The notes under the pieces were generated by a model that did no database searches, was not told the origin of the DNA, and saw only the letters and a program-made list of their open reading frames with translations. A DNA stretch of 64,000 nucleotides from a virus. Shown here piece by piece: positions 48,801 through 58,800 of the stretch. The stretch's first letter is position 1, and every line of letters starts with the position of its first letter. Position numbers and translations under genes: made by a program. The DNA lies in IMG/VR virus record IMGVR_UViG_3300032285_003860; one strand, given 5' to 3'.

Positions 48801-50472
48801 AACTGGCATTGGAAAATATATGGTCTCTGGCGCCGAAGCTGGTCAAGCTGCAATTTTTGAAAGATTTAAAGGCACAAATCTTCCTATTCCAAAATCAGTC
48901 AAAGAGGGATTAGAGCAGATGAAAAAAGGCCAAGGCGTAAATCCAGAATTCGACGCCGCTTTAAAAAAATCCGCAAAATCTCTTAAACTCTCTACAGATG
49001 CTGTTGATGCTTTTGCGACTAAAATTAATTCTTTTAATTCTGCCATTGATATTGGTCAAAAAACAGGAGCTATTGCGCAAAACAAAGCCGAACAAGATCA
49101 AGTTAAAGCAGAAATGGAAAAACAAAAGGGTGAGTTACCTGCTGGCACAGCAAAGTCTAGCGAAGCAATTCTTCCCATAACAGATAGTCTTATTACAAGA
49201 TATGGTCAAGATACCGTTCGTCTTTTGACTGATATTTTGGGGGCAATGATTGCTTTGCGCATACTTGGCGGCAAAGGAGCAATTAGTGAAGTTGGTGCAG
49301 GAATTGCTGCTGGTGGTAGAAAAGTAATGGGCGGTATAAAAAGTATTGGTAGAGCTTTTGGTATTGGCGCAGCAGCAGAAGGCTCTGTTGCAGCAGGGGG
49401 CGCTATTGCAACAGAGGCTGTCACAGCGGCAAAGGGGACAATTAAAGTAGATCTCGCCGCTCAACAGGCAAAAGCCTTGGAAAAACAAATGGCTTATATC
49501 CCAGAATCTTTTGGAGGTCCAAAAGCTCCAGGTCCATCTTTCGGGGAAGTTTTGCCAGGAGAATTAACTCATCTTGAACCAACTTCACAACTTAAACCAC
49601 AATTTAAACCTGGTGTTCCCGTAACTGATGCAGAAATAAATTCTGCTTTAAATGCAGGAAGAGAATCTGGAAGACAAGCGGCGAGCACAAGTAGAGCCAT
49701 TGCCGCCACGGAACAGGCAGCAAAGACTGCCAGCGAAGCTTCTAAAGCTGGTAAAGTATTGGGTATGGGAGCAAAAGTTGGAAAATTTGTAGGGGGTAGT
49801 CCACTTTTAGGAGATTTAGTAGACGTTGCTTCTATTGGTGCAGGAGCCATCTCTGGAGGAGGAAATATATCCGAAACAATGGGCGACATGATGTTAGAAT
49901 CTGCAAAAGAAAGAGTTAATAAACCTGGTGGACATATGGGCGGTGACTTTTTGGCTGGTATGACCGTAAGAGGAATGACCAGTTCTTTCTTAGCTAAAGA
50001 TGTTAGTAAAATGCAAGAAGGCGAAGGTGGCATAAATAGATTAGAAAATGCCATAAAAATGAAAGAATTGATAAAATCTCAAGGTGGCAACATTAAAAAC
50101 GCTGAATTATTTAGCCCAGATTTTAGAAAAAATTTATTAAATCCAGAATGGCAGCAGTCTCATGGTCTTGCCCCTCATTTGGATAAATCTGGTGGCATTG
50201 TTGCTCCAACTGGCGCAGCAATTCCAACTGGAGACGCTGCTGCCAAAGCCACAGGACAAAAACCAGAGTCAGAGGCTTCTAAAACAGAGAAAAAGCCAGC
50301 AGAACCACAAAAGGTTGATGTTAAAATGAGTGCGGAGCCATTGCATGTAAATGTTACTGTTACCGATGAAAATGGTAAAAAGATACAAGAAATGCAGCAA
50401 CAAATTGTTCAGTTCAAGCAAAAACTAGAAGAAGTAACTGGAAATAAAACTCCAGCGGCTATAACTAAATAA
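42880..50472 (+). CDS. tail tape measure protein with internal globular inserts
   Basis: 2530 aa, Ala/Gly-rich helical; TP901-type core (EFARHG, FAVSAQDLAKAIERVGSTA, GAVIGNAFKSIFTRL). Confidence 0.92.
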   Translation: MEDNLGQVKVLITPVIDQSRLDSGITDAAEKMAARFDKAFTGRGQPLGRITGKVTEFEKSMEAANARVIAFGASAGGIYLVKSAFDKLVSSTIDVEKNLTNINMILGLGSSSLKTFSAEMFKAASASGQTFETASKVALEFARHGVSAVETSKRMSSAMQLMRISGLDAGESVDVLTASINSFNKEALTSADVVNRLTAVDTKFAVSAQDLAKAIERVGSTAAEAGIQFNQLLGFVTAAQTQTSRGGAVIGNAFKSIFTRLARPEVLSDLQAVGVTTKDAAGQILPMVQIMKNLASQYSHLGAAQKSFISETVGGVYQVNILKASLADLGNGITIFDKVAATAANSAGVVDKRMAQLNETISSKLNVSANQLTELFSNLGNVSFGGNMKKGLDSVNSQLDFVKRQLADFSEDDTFGQSFGKTIGRGLADAFGNILSGPGLQIGAMLLTKVVVGLGKFAIDAGKNMMGMTDALKAQQGLLSSVGNFLQNHKTLLAELESGQISINEVTELYLADLGKEEAHFAAMARYQREIASLARPSLSAEAFAESKTKGASAGYIPAFAQEERDARSKGASPSVRAMFGPNIPGIGPTIINSEEVVKQNYGGSGQPAILRTYGPPGPTKLSGGLVPNLANILGTISVEGIRYQKPDKKSFQDFDYPFIDLLSMIQGQYGRQILPISAKSGIEAVSKVGHPGNWNIRGFNKPGAIANYLQELSRPEMFVQESSERLRHIRSSKEVFKNRFINQIGAYNTQGFENLEFLNPVVFGAKEKGQEIYHQMQKQPLLSSAEEFPAIKSARNFPWYRGGKSFSPTTMVENENIIRGPKTYGAWYEDYIQKFLKAHPDILSLIGPGMTTESQAQLNQLLRNFSKDYEGEERFFEEKYIKKSGGHIPNFGKIISKGGSDLDLSEDGTLKIHYLASSISNNVFPELLEALNSGEITKIDGGTIVGPKVPNLIHHLSKLLPKLRKINPKIPSSIPITGYFTPNDLYRNAFRNRGEMVTRNVLDSEHQKKLKELASSQGLRIVKTGSYTRFVKKEDKNDFNTAYEVKVPGERSPRYGLFTEEDIQGIFPQATFTPKTQRDLFSSNTTARKDLTQLRAAVKAMAGANRQNVEDRFGREYIELSKVYPRGLASGYNPIADAFSRENSPTAKLGFSSRVKSSGNPGGALVYDSSYQNGPEDAIRQHLMSGRPDVVNAGTPNEKIPNFAMDMSAISSIALGAMQGTGLSDWTSKKMPEISYGFDKMQHAVGTATEKLLLMQKQLEAGQNVKYGGQSYAPDQSIELTNAFKKAFDEKFKGKGFQFGTSQEELKSQQAAYIPYIQKIQEKEQGIRSRGFAASMIAPAVGGIVSQGLQAGGYLNASKAVSALTDSATMAAQFMIAFPNRVGTALSGAVMASGVSNALNEMVYKTGTLERAFDLTSTRLEKTASAVNTINQSYDALDSALKSGSISTSQLVALQRNLAKSYSELGAVKGGGAIVAAMKGAGTAEARATAGAEAVDALQNERNKSSFQLAFAKQQQARSEFGINFGKGAQGNLTPRNRQEQIENIELMRSAASNIQGEFITAQSKKGGNAELVQRMATGVISRSDVETIKKGAKETESYKDLEKADPKAAAAVIEELNRQLQEVAIPDDQISAYKESLAKLKSLQIQEVYLRQNYNQSLQNKLQSGSIASAMANTKNIYGIQSKGIQEGYEYSKKEKGLGLEALYTGEQSMILKRGKEEQAHIAEQTSLKAQAVKAQGGAEIGSLISGEIGKFISSSLGTAEASGKTGTVQPSEALSKATEYLGARQKEFSGAGGAEKLFELQQKATSPDEFAKSYLGEFKDFQAGTGGKGTEADYKTLLSQISTMSAGDINEKMLKTLLDIQKVDEEGNAQQKESSDQMIAAIAASKFKEAAGQLGGTGILDRNTFRQQRREIRRAESKLRSRDAGVRGEGAARLLAAIPESQRDYNDPYIKKLYDAASGGIASRQARTLQGTGIGKYMVSGAEAGQAAIFERFKGTNLPIPKSVKEGLEQMKKGQGVNPEFDAALKKSAKSLKLSTDAVDAFATKINSFNSAIDIGQKTGAIAQNKAEQDQVKAEMEKQKGELPAGTAKSSEAILPITDSLITRYGQDTVRLLTDILGAMIALRILGGKGAISEVGAGIAAGGRKVMGGIKSIGRAFGIGAAAEGSVAAGGAIATEAVTAAKGTIKVDLAAQQAKALEKQMAYIPESFGGPKAPGPSFGEVLPGELTHLEPTSQLKPQFKPGVPVTDAEINSALNAGRESGRQAASTSRAIAATEQAAKTASEASKAGKVLGMGAKVGKFVGGSPLLGDLVDVASIGAGAISGGGNISETMGDMMLESAKERVNKPGGHMGGDFLAGMTVRGMTSSFLAKDVSKMQEGEGGINRLENAIKMKELIKSQGGNIKNAELFSPDFRKNLLNPEWQQSHGLAPHLDKSGGIVAPTGAAIPTGDAAAKATGQKPESEASKTEKKPAEPQKVDVKMSAEPLHVNVTVTDENGKKIQEMQQQIVQFKQKLEEVTGNKTPAAITK

Positions 50473-50490
50473 GTATTATAATATAATTAT

Positions 50491-52323
50491 ATGGCAAATT
50501 TTGTAGGTTTAATAACTGGCACACTGGGATACGAAAAAAGGAAAGAGTTTTTCGGTAATGCCCTTATGCTCAGGGAGGTTGACACATACAACTATGAAAT
50601 TTATAGCACTGATTTTGCCACCCAAAATGCAGATGTAATTCAAAATAAAATACAGCAGCAATTTTCTAGTGTTTATTCTGGAGATGTTAATGTTAAAGTA
50701 TTTAATACTCAAAACACTTATCAATTTCCTAGCGATAGCTTAAGAGCTTCAAGATTTTCGGTAACCGTTGAAATTAAATTGCCATACGCCAATTTATCCA
50801 GTGACTTTACTGAATTGGCTGGAAATTATTACAAGGGTTTAGATTCAACATTCTTTACTAACTATGGCAAATATTTGTTGGATTTTAAAGAAGATTTTAC
50901 CTTTGCTACAAATGCAAATGGAAATAGAGAATTTGGACATAATGTTTCTTTTGGATTACAAACTGGTTGGTCAGGAGTCAATTCTCAAGCAGGAAGAAAA
51001 TCTTATGCGCAGCAAGTAGTTAGCGGCATCTTTAGTCAAGACAAAAATACCACATTTGGTATAGATACAATGGTTGGTAATGTTCTTTATGTCGGGGACA
51101 GTGGAGTGTTTAGAAATTACTTTTCAGAATCTTATGACTTGATGAAAAACTCTTATAGTTTTTCAAGAAAAAGAGAGCAATTGCCCATTGATTCAACAAA
51201 TTCCATTTATAATCTTAATTATGCAATTAATTTAAATACAGATGGTACTGTTGATGTTTCAGAGAAAGCTTCCACAATGGCAAAGATTAGTTTCAATTCC
51301 GCAAAGACTGATTTTGATAATTTTTATACTGGGTCATATGGTCGCTGTAATGTTATGTTTAATAAATTTTATAATTCAAACATTATGCTGCAAGACACGC
51401 AGTATTCCACCTATGGAATAAATGCTGTTTCTGGGTTAATAAATTCTCCTTTAAAATTAACAAGATTTTACGACACAAATAGTATGCAGTTAAATTATGA
51501 TGTCACTTATACCAACAACCCAAACTATTCTGGGCCAGGAACAATACAATCAGAAACTCTTGAATTTAATATTGATAAATATAATAAAGTCGAGGTTTCT
51601 CATGCCTTTGATTTTATATCTAATAGGATTACGGGCAGCGCCGCAACATTTTCTAGTTTAATTAATTCTGCTATTTCATCAACTGGACCAACAGTAAGTG
51701 GGTATTATAGCTCAAATTTTTCTAATATCAATACAATTTTCCCAAAAATTAATTTAATTAAAAGCACGGCGAGTTATCCAAATATCAAAACAAAAGCAAT
51801 GGCCAAGTTTGAATATAGTAACAATCCCACTTATTTTGTTACATATAATGGCATAGTTTTTAAAATTTTAGATTATGATATTGAAAAGAAATCTCCCCCA
51901 GATTTAATTAAAGAATATAAAATTGTTAATCGCCCCACTAAAAAGTCAGTAATGACTTATGAATATCAATCAGAAAGGGGTATATTGTCGGTCAGCGTAA
52001 AAGCTTCAATTGGCAAACAAAATAATCAATTTTATCCAAACACTAATGGGACTTTTTCGCCATTGAATGATGATTCAAATAGTAATAATTTGCAACTATA
52101 TCAATATTTAAATGCCCTTTATCAATACGCTGGACAATTGTTCCTGGCTCAATTTGGCAATCCAACGGTGGCATTTAATTGGTTTATTTCTGATTCTAGT
52201 TATTCTTTTAGTTCTGAAGGCGAATTAATGGTAAAAATAGATTATAATTATACATTAAAGAAGAGATCCAATGTTTTACAAAGCAATCAAAGGCCCACCA
52301 CAGTCCCAGTAGGTGGTTATTAA
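50491..52323 (+). CDS. putative distal tail / tail-tip protein
   Basis: beta-rich 610 aa directly after tape measure. Confidence 0.55.
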   Translation: MANFVGLITGTLGYEKRKEFFGNALMLREVDTYNYEIYSTDFATQNADVIQNKIQQQFSSVYSGDVNVKVFNTQNTYQFPSDSLRASRFSVTVEIKLPYANLSSDFTELAGNYYKGLDSTFFTNYGKYLLDFKEDFTFATNANGNREFGHNVSFGLQTGWSGVNSQAGRKSYAQQVVSGIFSQDKNTTFGIDTMVGNVLYVGDSGVFRNYFSESYDLMKNSYSFSRKREQLPIDSTNSIYNLNYAINLNTDGTVDVSEKASTMAKISFNSAKTDFDNFYTGSYGRCNVMFNKFYNSNIMLQDTQYSTYGINAVSGLINSPLKLTRFYDTNSMQLNYDVTYTNNPNYSGPGTIQSETLEFNIDKYNKVEVSHAFDFISNRITGSAATFSSLINSAISSTGPTVSGYYSSNFSNINTIFPKINLIKSTASYPNIKTKAMAKFEYSNNPTYFVTYNGIVFKILDYDIEKKSPPDLIKEYKIVNRPTKKSVMTYEYQSERGILSVSVKASIGKQNNQFYPNTNGTFSPLNDDSNSNNLQLYQYLNALYQYAGQLFLAQFGNPTVAFNWFISDSSYSFSSEGELMVKIDYNYTLKKRSNVLQSNQRPTTVPVGGY

Positions 52324-52326
52324 TTT

Positions 52327-53991
52327 ATGACAAACAGTATAACAGTATCATATAATGGCACAGCTTTAAATCCAACGCCATTAATTAATTATTCAAAAAC
52401 GCCAATTAATTTTGGTTATATCTATGGATACAATACAGATATAACTTTAGATGGTCTTTATTCTGGTATATTAACCACTGGAGCAACAATATCTGCTTTA
52501 ACAACCATATTTGCAAATCAATTTAAAACGTTGAGCGTTGATACAGACACAACTACAAATCTTTATAAGTGGGATAATGTAACTGTTGATTCTATATCAA
52601 TTGATCCGAACCCCTATTACTCAGGCAGCTTTGTCAAATATTCTATTAAATTAAAATCTTATGATTTCCCTAGTGGGGTTATCGACCCTTCGAATGAATA
52701 TTCTTTTACCCAAAATGATGATGGAACAGTAAATGTTAATCATAAAATTAGCGCAAGAGGCGTAAGAAATAATGTTGGCGCATTTGCAAATGCAATCGCT
52801 TTTGTTGGTCAGTTTACTGGAAGAGACCCATATTCAAATTGTGCTCCTTATTTTGTTCCAAATGGGAGCGGGGTATTATTAAGCTCTTCAGAAAGTATAA
52901 ATCGCGCAGAAGGCATATATAGCGTTAACGAAGTTTATAAATATATAACTGGAGACACAACAAGTCCTTATTTTCATACTACCAATTTAAGTATTGATGA
53001 TAGCATTGAAGCAGATTTTAGAAAAATAAGTTACGAGTTAAAAATACAGGGCTCACCAATATCAAAAAATTTAGAAAACGTTATTTCTACTTTAAATTAT
53101 GATCTTCAGTCAGACATTGGAGATGAGTTTGGGTTTGATGTTTCTAACTGGGTCAAAGATACTTATTCTGCTACCATTGATTCTGGTTCAGCATCAATTG
53201 ATATAAAAGTTGGTTACATTTCTGGTGCATCAATAAAAACTGGATTTTTTGATTATGATGTGGTTTGGGATAATGACAGACTAACAAATACAGAAAACTG
53301 GAAAGTAAATGGGGACTTTAGATGTTTTGGACCATTAGAATATAAAAGAAATCAATTGGATAAATTTAAAACGGCTAATAATATAAATTTATCGGGAAAT
53401 GACGCTTGGCGTCCTTATTTATCTGGATTAATAACTTCTTCTCCAATTTATTCGACATTGCATGACTCTTTTAAGAGGTTGTCTTATAATTCCAAAGTTG
53501 TCGTAGACGAAAATCAAAAATTAGCCACATTAAGATTGTCTTTGGAATTAAATGCATCATATGAACCCGCAGGCACTTCTGATTTAAGATATTCTTTAGA
53601 AGGCTCTCCATCAAAGTGGATATATGAATTACTCCCTTCTGCAAATATTGAAGGTTCTTTTGTTATTCAAGACTTACAGTTGCAAACACAGCCAAAACAA
53701 AAATTTACAATTTCAGCAAAAACATATAATAAAGATGCCGCCGCCTCGACTATCTATGGATATATGGGTGGATTAACTTCAACATATGTAAATTCTGGCA
53801 CAGATACAGATGTGGGCGCATTTTTAATTGATGAAAATTTACGCACTGGCGTTTATGATGTTTCTTTGTCTAAAGAATTTTTAGGAAATGATAATGCCTC
53901 AATTTCTTCTACTTTGTTAAAATTGCAGGCAATTGGTACATATTCTGGAACTGTTGCAGTTCGTCCTGGAGGATATAATTTTGGTTATTAA
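52327..53991 (+). CDS. putative tail-tip protein, paralogue-like to upstream gene
   Basis: N.DGTV.V and SES motifs shared with 50491. Confidence 0.55.
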   Translation: MTNSITVSYNGTALNPTPLINYSKTPINFGYIYGYNTDITLDGLYSGILTTGATISALTTIFANQFKTLSVDTDTTTNLYKWDNVTVDSISIDPNPYYSGSFVKYSIKLKSYDFPSGVIDPSNEYSFTQNDDGTVNVNHKISARGVRNNVGAFANAIAFVGQFTGRDPYSNCAPYFVPNGSGVLLSSSESINRAEGIYSVNEVYKYITGDTTSPYFHTTNLSIDDSIEADFRKISYELKIQGSPISKNLENVISTLNYDLQSDIGDEFGFDVSNWVKDTYSATIDSGSASIDIKVGYISGASIKTGFFDYDVVWDNDRLTNTENWKVNGDFRCFGPLEYKRNQLDKFKTANNINLSGNDAWRPYLSGLITSSPIYSTLHDSFKRLSYNSKVVVDENQKLATLRLSLELNASYEPAGTSDLRYSLEGSPSKWIYELLPSANIEGSFVIQDLQLQTQPKQKFTISAKTYNKDAAASTIYGYMGGLTSTYVNSGTDTDVGAFLIDENLRTGVYDVSLSKEFLGNDNASISSTLLKLQAIGTYSGTVAVRPGGYNFGY

Positions 53992-53998
53992 GTGTAAT
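53992..53998 (+). promoter_or_regulatory. GTGTAAT candidate late promoter
   Basis: immediately after stop; 30 nt before ATG 54022 with AAAGGA RBS. Confidence 0.72.
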
Positions 53999-54021
53999 TA
54001 ATCATATTAGGACAAAGGAAA

Positions 54022-55818
54022 ATGAATACCAACTCTTTTTTAACTTGCTTAAATGCAGCGGGAGTAAACACAGGAATTTCCATTCTTGGTTTATATTCAT
54101 TTTCTAGTGGTACCCCTTCACTAGTTTATAATCAAGTATATACAACTGGATTAAACTTATATAATGGTTCTCCTTATGCCCCATCTTTGCCATTAATTTT
54201 TGTTGGCACAGGCAATCAAACTAGCGGCAGTTTTTCAAAAAAACAACCTTATCAAATAGGTACAGGTATACCCAGTATTTTTTCTACAATTTTTTCTTTA
54301 AACTATAGTGGATGTTTAAATAATCAGGGGAGCAATTATTTACTTGCTTCAACAGTTTTTGATTATAATAGTTCTACTTCTGGGGTTTCGCTAGGAATCA
54401 CTCCTTCTAATAGGCTTTTTTTCAATACCAAGAATTATTCATATACTTTACCACAAGAAATTGGAATTGGAGATTTTGCTTGTTTTAGCGTTCAAGATAA
54501 TAGATTTGTGAATATTGGATTAATGAATTTAAGAGATAATTCATATACTCAAAAATTTTATGACGCTGGGAGCGGAGCATTAGATTCTTCTCAATTATTT
54601 ATCGGAGGAATGAAAAATTATCCTCCCAATTTTACTGGATACTCTGGCGTTATAAAAGATATATATTTATTTAGCGGTAATCTATCAAATCAATTTATAA
54701 GTAATTGTGTAGACTGTTCATTTGCCACCGGCTCATCTTATTCATCTTTAACCTCTGGATATAGTTCTGCCAAAATAACGGGGTCTTATTGGACTGGTAT
54801 TTATGAAACTGGCATAACAGGTTATCAAACTGTTTCCACCTCATACATAAAACAAGATGGAACTTCTGGCACCCTATATATTAATTCTGGATTAACTGGA
54901 AATATTTTATCGTATTATGGTCTTACTCCTCAAATTCAAAATGTCCAGTACAACCTTACTGGAACAGGAATTTCAATTCAATATGATACAGGAACAAGAG
55001 CAGGTTATTCAACTTTTGATTTATATATTCAACAGGGTCTTGTTTCTGGGGATGTAGTAGAAGTTTATACTTATCCCGTCAACAACTCTAATATTGAGTT
55101 GTCTATATTTAATAATTTATATCCAATTGTAAGTGGTGAGGCGCAGATATATGGCAATGGTCTTGCAGAAACCTCTGGGGTAGATTATACTGTTGCTTTT
55201 AATAATGTAATTAATGGTTTTGACAACAATGATGTCCTTTTGTATGACATTTATCCTGTAACTTTTACAATGCCTTATCAAAGCGGGTATGTTTCCACTG
55301 GTGTTTCTGGTTCTGGTTATATTTTAATTACTGGCATTAGTGGTATAAATTTGAATTCGGGATTTAACTATGATTTTTACCTAAATGGTCAAAAAATGAT
55401 TAGCGGCTTAAATTATACTTCTAGTGGATCCACTTTAAGGGTTTCTGGCAATGATTTATCCGACATTAATGACCCATATCAAGATTATCTTGAGGCCAAA
55501 TTTATACCCATTTATTCTGGTTTTTTAAGAAAACTTTACCAAATATCTGGAAGTCAGTACTATATTAGCGGAATTTTAGGGTTTAATCAACAAATCTGGG
55601 TTAATGGTCTTAGACAGAGGCTCAATATTGATTATTATAAATATAGCAGATGTAGGTTCTGTTCTGGTGATTTTAATGACCCTAATTATTCATTTAATTT
55701 ATATAATAATGTATCAAGTACACTAGATTTATTTAATCTATATGACCTAGATTCTATAGTTTTTGGTTTTGATGGACAGCCACTCTTAGATACAAGTGGG
55801 CAGTTTATTTATTTTTAA
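54022..55818 (+). CDS. tail-tip protein, degenerate LamG-like N-terminus and NG...DY repeats
   Basis: LFIGG...YSGVIKDIYLFS; YGNGLAETSGVDY, YLNGQKMISGLNY, WVNGLRQRLNIDY. Confidence 0.6.
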   Translation: MNTNSFLTCLNAAGVNTGISILGLYSFSSGTPSLVYNQVYTTGLNLYNGSPYAPSLPLIFVGTGNQTSGSFSKKQPYQIGTGIPSIFSTIFSLNYSGCLNNQGSNYLLASTVFDYNSSTSGVSLGITPSNRLFFNTKNYSYTLPQEIGIGDFACFSVQDNRFVNIGLMNLRDNSYTQKFYDAGSGALDSSQLFIGGMKNYPPNFTGYSGVIKDIYLFSGNLSNQFISNCVDCSFATGSSYSSLTSGYSSAKITGSYWTGIYETGITGYQTVSTSYIKQDGTSGTLYINSGLTGNILSYYGLTPQIQNVQYNLTGTGISIQYDTGTRAGYSTFDLYIQQGLVSGDVVEVYTYPVNNSNIELSIFNNLYPIVSGEAQIYGNGLAETSGVDYTVAFNNVINGFDNNDVLLYDIYPVTFTMPYQSGYVSTGVSGSGYILITGISGINLNSGFNYDFYLNGQKMISGLNYTSSGSTLRVSGNDLSDINDPYQDYLEAKFIPIYSGFLRKLYQISGSQYYISGILGFNQQIWVNGLRQRLNIDYYKYSRCRFCSGDFNDPNYSFNLYNNVSSTLDLFNLYDLDSIVFGFDGQPLLDTSGQFIYF

Positions 55819-55828
55819 TAATTAATAT

Positions 55829-58800
55829 ATGATTCAAGTTTTACAAGGAGTAAAGGTTACGCCAAAAGGCTCTAAAAATCGTTTTTTGAGTGATGCCAAA
55901 TGGAAGCAGCAATCATATGCTTTCGGGGGATGGATTTATGATGTGTCTACTGAATTAAATTTCAGTACAAGCCCCACAGAAATTCAAATGCATGTCGCTT
56001 TGGAGACCTCTTCTTTTTCTCAATCTGCCGCTTTTTTTGACATCAATCAGGGGGATTTGAATTGTAGCGCCGACATAGGCGGGGCATCAAATGAAAGAAC
56101 TTTTGATATAGATTTAGATGGACTTGTTTTTTCTGACTTTCTTTTGTATTCCTATGATATTTCAATAGACGCTGGTCAAAAAATTCTTCATGTTGTTTTC
56201 AAAGACCATTCTCTTATTCTTGATAAAATTTATGTAGGATTATTTAGAAAAGAAGGTTTTACTTTCCCTCATTTTGCCAGTTCGATTATTCAAATGCCGA
56301 TGAGATGTCAGACCTGTCAATATGACAGCAGTGTCGTAAGTGGCACGGGTGTTGTTTCCAGAGATATTGGTTATGCTTCTTATGCTGGTATGAATGGAAA
56401 GGTTTATGATGGATTTTCAAATGTTTATTATGGAGATGGAAATGTTTATGATTCTTGGAATAAATTAATTAAATTTTCAAATAATCAAGGGGCATCTCCT
56501 GGAGCTTTTGGTACATTTGATTTAAATGGTGGATATTTAATTCTTGGCTCTGAAAGCGCAACAACTGAAAGATGCAATAGCTCTCCTGATGTTACTTATA
56601 GTTTCATTGAATTACTTGCATCTCTCAAAAGCAATGGTTTAGCTTTTAAAGGGGCATTTCCTAGTGGATATGCAGATTCAGATTCGTTATATAGAAAAAA
56701 CTATAATGGTCCATTAAGAAATGTTTTAGAAAATTGGTGTTCAGATTTGGGTTATACATTTTATTGCAGTGGCAAAACTTTCATTGGCGTTAATTTAAAA
56801 AACCCTATTGATATTAGTAATTTGACAGGGATTGCCGACCCAACAAGCACGCTTGGCCAAGGATTCCAGATTAATTATGGTGGCAATACAAATGGCACCG
56901 CTATTCTTTCGATGAATAGTAAGGTTTCCCTTGATGGAACATTTAAACAATCTGTTGTGGTAGAAAATGACTATCCTATCCAAGAAAAGCAAACAAGCAA
57001 AACTGTTAAAAAATATATTGGTATAACTCCATTACATCCCATTTCTTTAAATGAAATAAATCAGGCTCAAATTAGTGATATTAATGTCTATGGGACTCCA
57101 TTCTATAGAAGCGCTTATGATACTGATTGTTTTGACAAACAATTTACTGCTGGTGGTCCAGCAACAATAGAAAACTCTGCTTGGTATCTTAATTTTGCTA
57201 GATTAGATGGCAGAAGCTATGGCGATGTTGACGCGGCAATTGCGCTAACAAATTATAATTCTTCTTTAAGAGATATGTTTGTCGCTCAAAGAGCTTTGCG
57301 TAATGTAAGTTATGGCGCAAACACCGTATTAAGATATCAAAATGGAGAGCCTGTTACTGATGCAAATGGCGTCATATTGTATGATTCTTTAGCTAATCCA
57401 TATTGCGTTGCAAATTTTAATGCCCTTGGAATGTTCCCAGTTTTGGAAATAACTGACCCACAATTCAAAACAGATATTTTATCAGATAACATTACTAATG
57501 CAGAAAAAGATGGTTTATCCAATCTGAACATTGATCAACAGTATTATAGAGTTTTCTTGGGTTATTATTTTCCTGATTATAAAGAAGATATAATAAATTG
57601 GGAAAAAGCGGCAGCAGATTCAATGTATAAATATGGTGCTGTAACGCGTGGAACTTTGACAACTTTCCCATTCGTGTCTGGAAATATTTTAGATGATATT
57701 TCTCCAACGGTTGGATTTTATGGTCAAAATGGTCTAGTTTATACAAGATTGGAAAATTCTTTTGACCCATCAACAGATAGATATCAAGATGTTAAAACTT
57801 TTCCAAATCCAGATGTTTTTATTGGTTCTGGATATGTAAAATCACTTTCTCAAGGCACCTATTATAGAAATAATTCAAGTTATACTTCATTTATCCCTCC
57901 TGGTTATAGCGATTACCCTGGAAGAGTTCCGACTGGATTATGGATTGCTTCACTAGATAATCCTTGGGGTACAACTCAAGAAGATTTTAATAGGCAATTA
58001 ACAATGCAGCTAACTGATGTTTGCGCGCAAAACTATAGCATTTCTCAAAGCGCCCAAGAACAGCTTACTCAAACAGATAGACAAAACCAAGATTGGAGAT
58101 TGGAAGATTTTCTTCCTATTGCCAATCCAGACTTAGAAAAGGTGGATGATTTAATTAGAACGCTTGTATACGATGGGTATAATATAGACACCTTTCCAGA
58201 TGAAGTTGTAACGACTTATGTTGATATTCACCGTATTCAAAAGAAGCACTGCAAAAAACTTCATGTTTTAATCATTCCCGATACCATTACTCATCCAAAT
58301 ATCTACGCACAATTTAATGCAAGACCAATTAATAAAATTAATCCAATTGCTTTAAAAACTTATAAACAAAGATTATATGAGACTGATTTAAAGAAATTTA
58401 CAACGGAAACGCCAAGTATTTGTAGCTTAAGTCTTCTTGATGAAATGTGCAGAAATCTATTAACTGGTGCACAAGGGTCAAATTATACGCTTCAAGGTTT
58501 TAATTTTCCTTCTACTCAAGCAAATGGCTGCGTTCTTTTGGAAAATAAAAATAATCCATTTTTTTATGGATTTCAAAATGATACATTATATCGCCCCAAT
58601 TCAAGGAGCTTAGATATTTATATCCAAAAAAATCCCAATAAAGAATTTTCCATGCCCACAGACGTGAATGGAGATATTTATTTTTCTGACTTAGATGGAA
58701 CTGTTGTTTTGCAAGATGGGTCATTGAATACATCCATTATTTATCCTGTGCAGCCAAATTCACAACAATATGCTGGATTTGGATATGGATCTCAGGCAAA

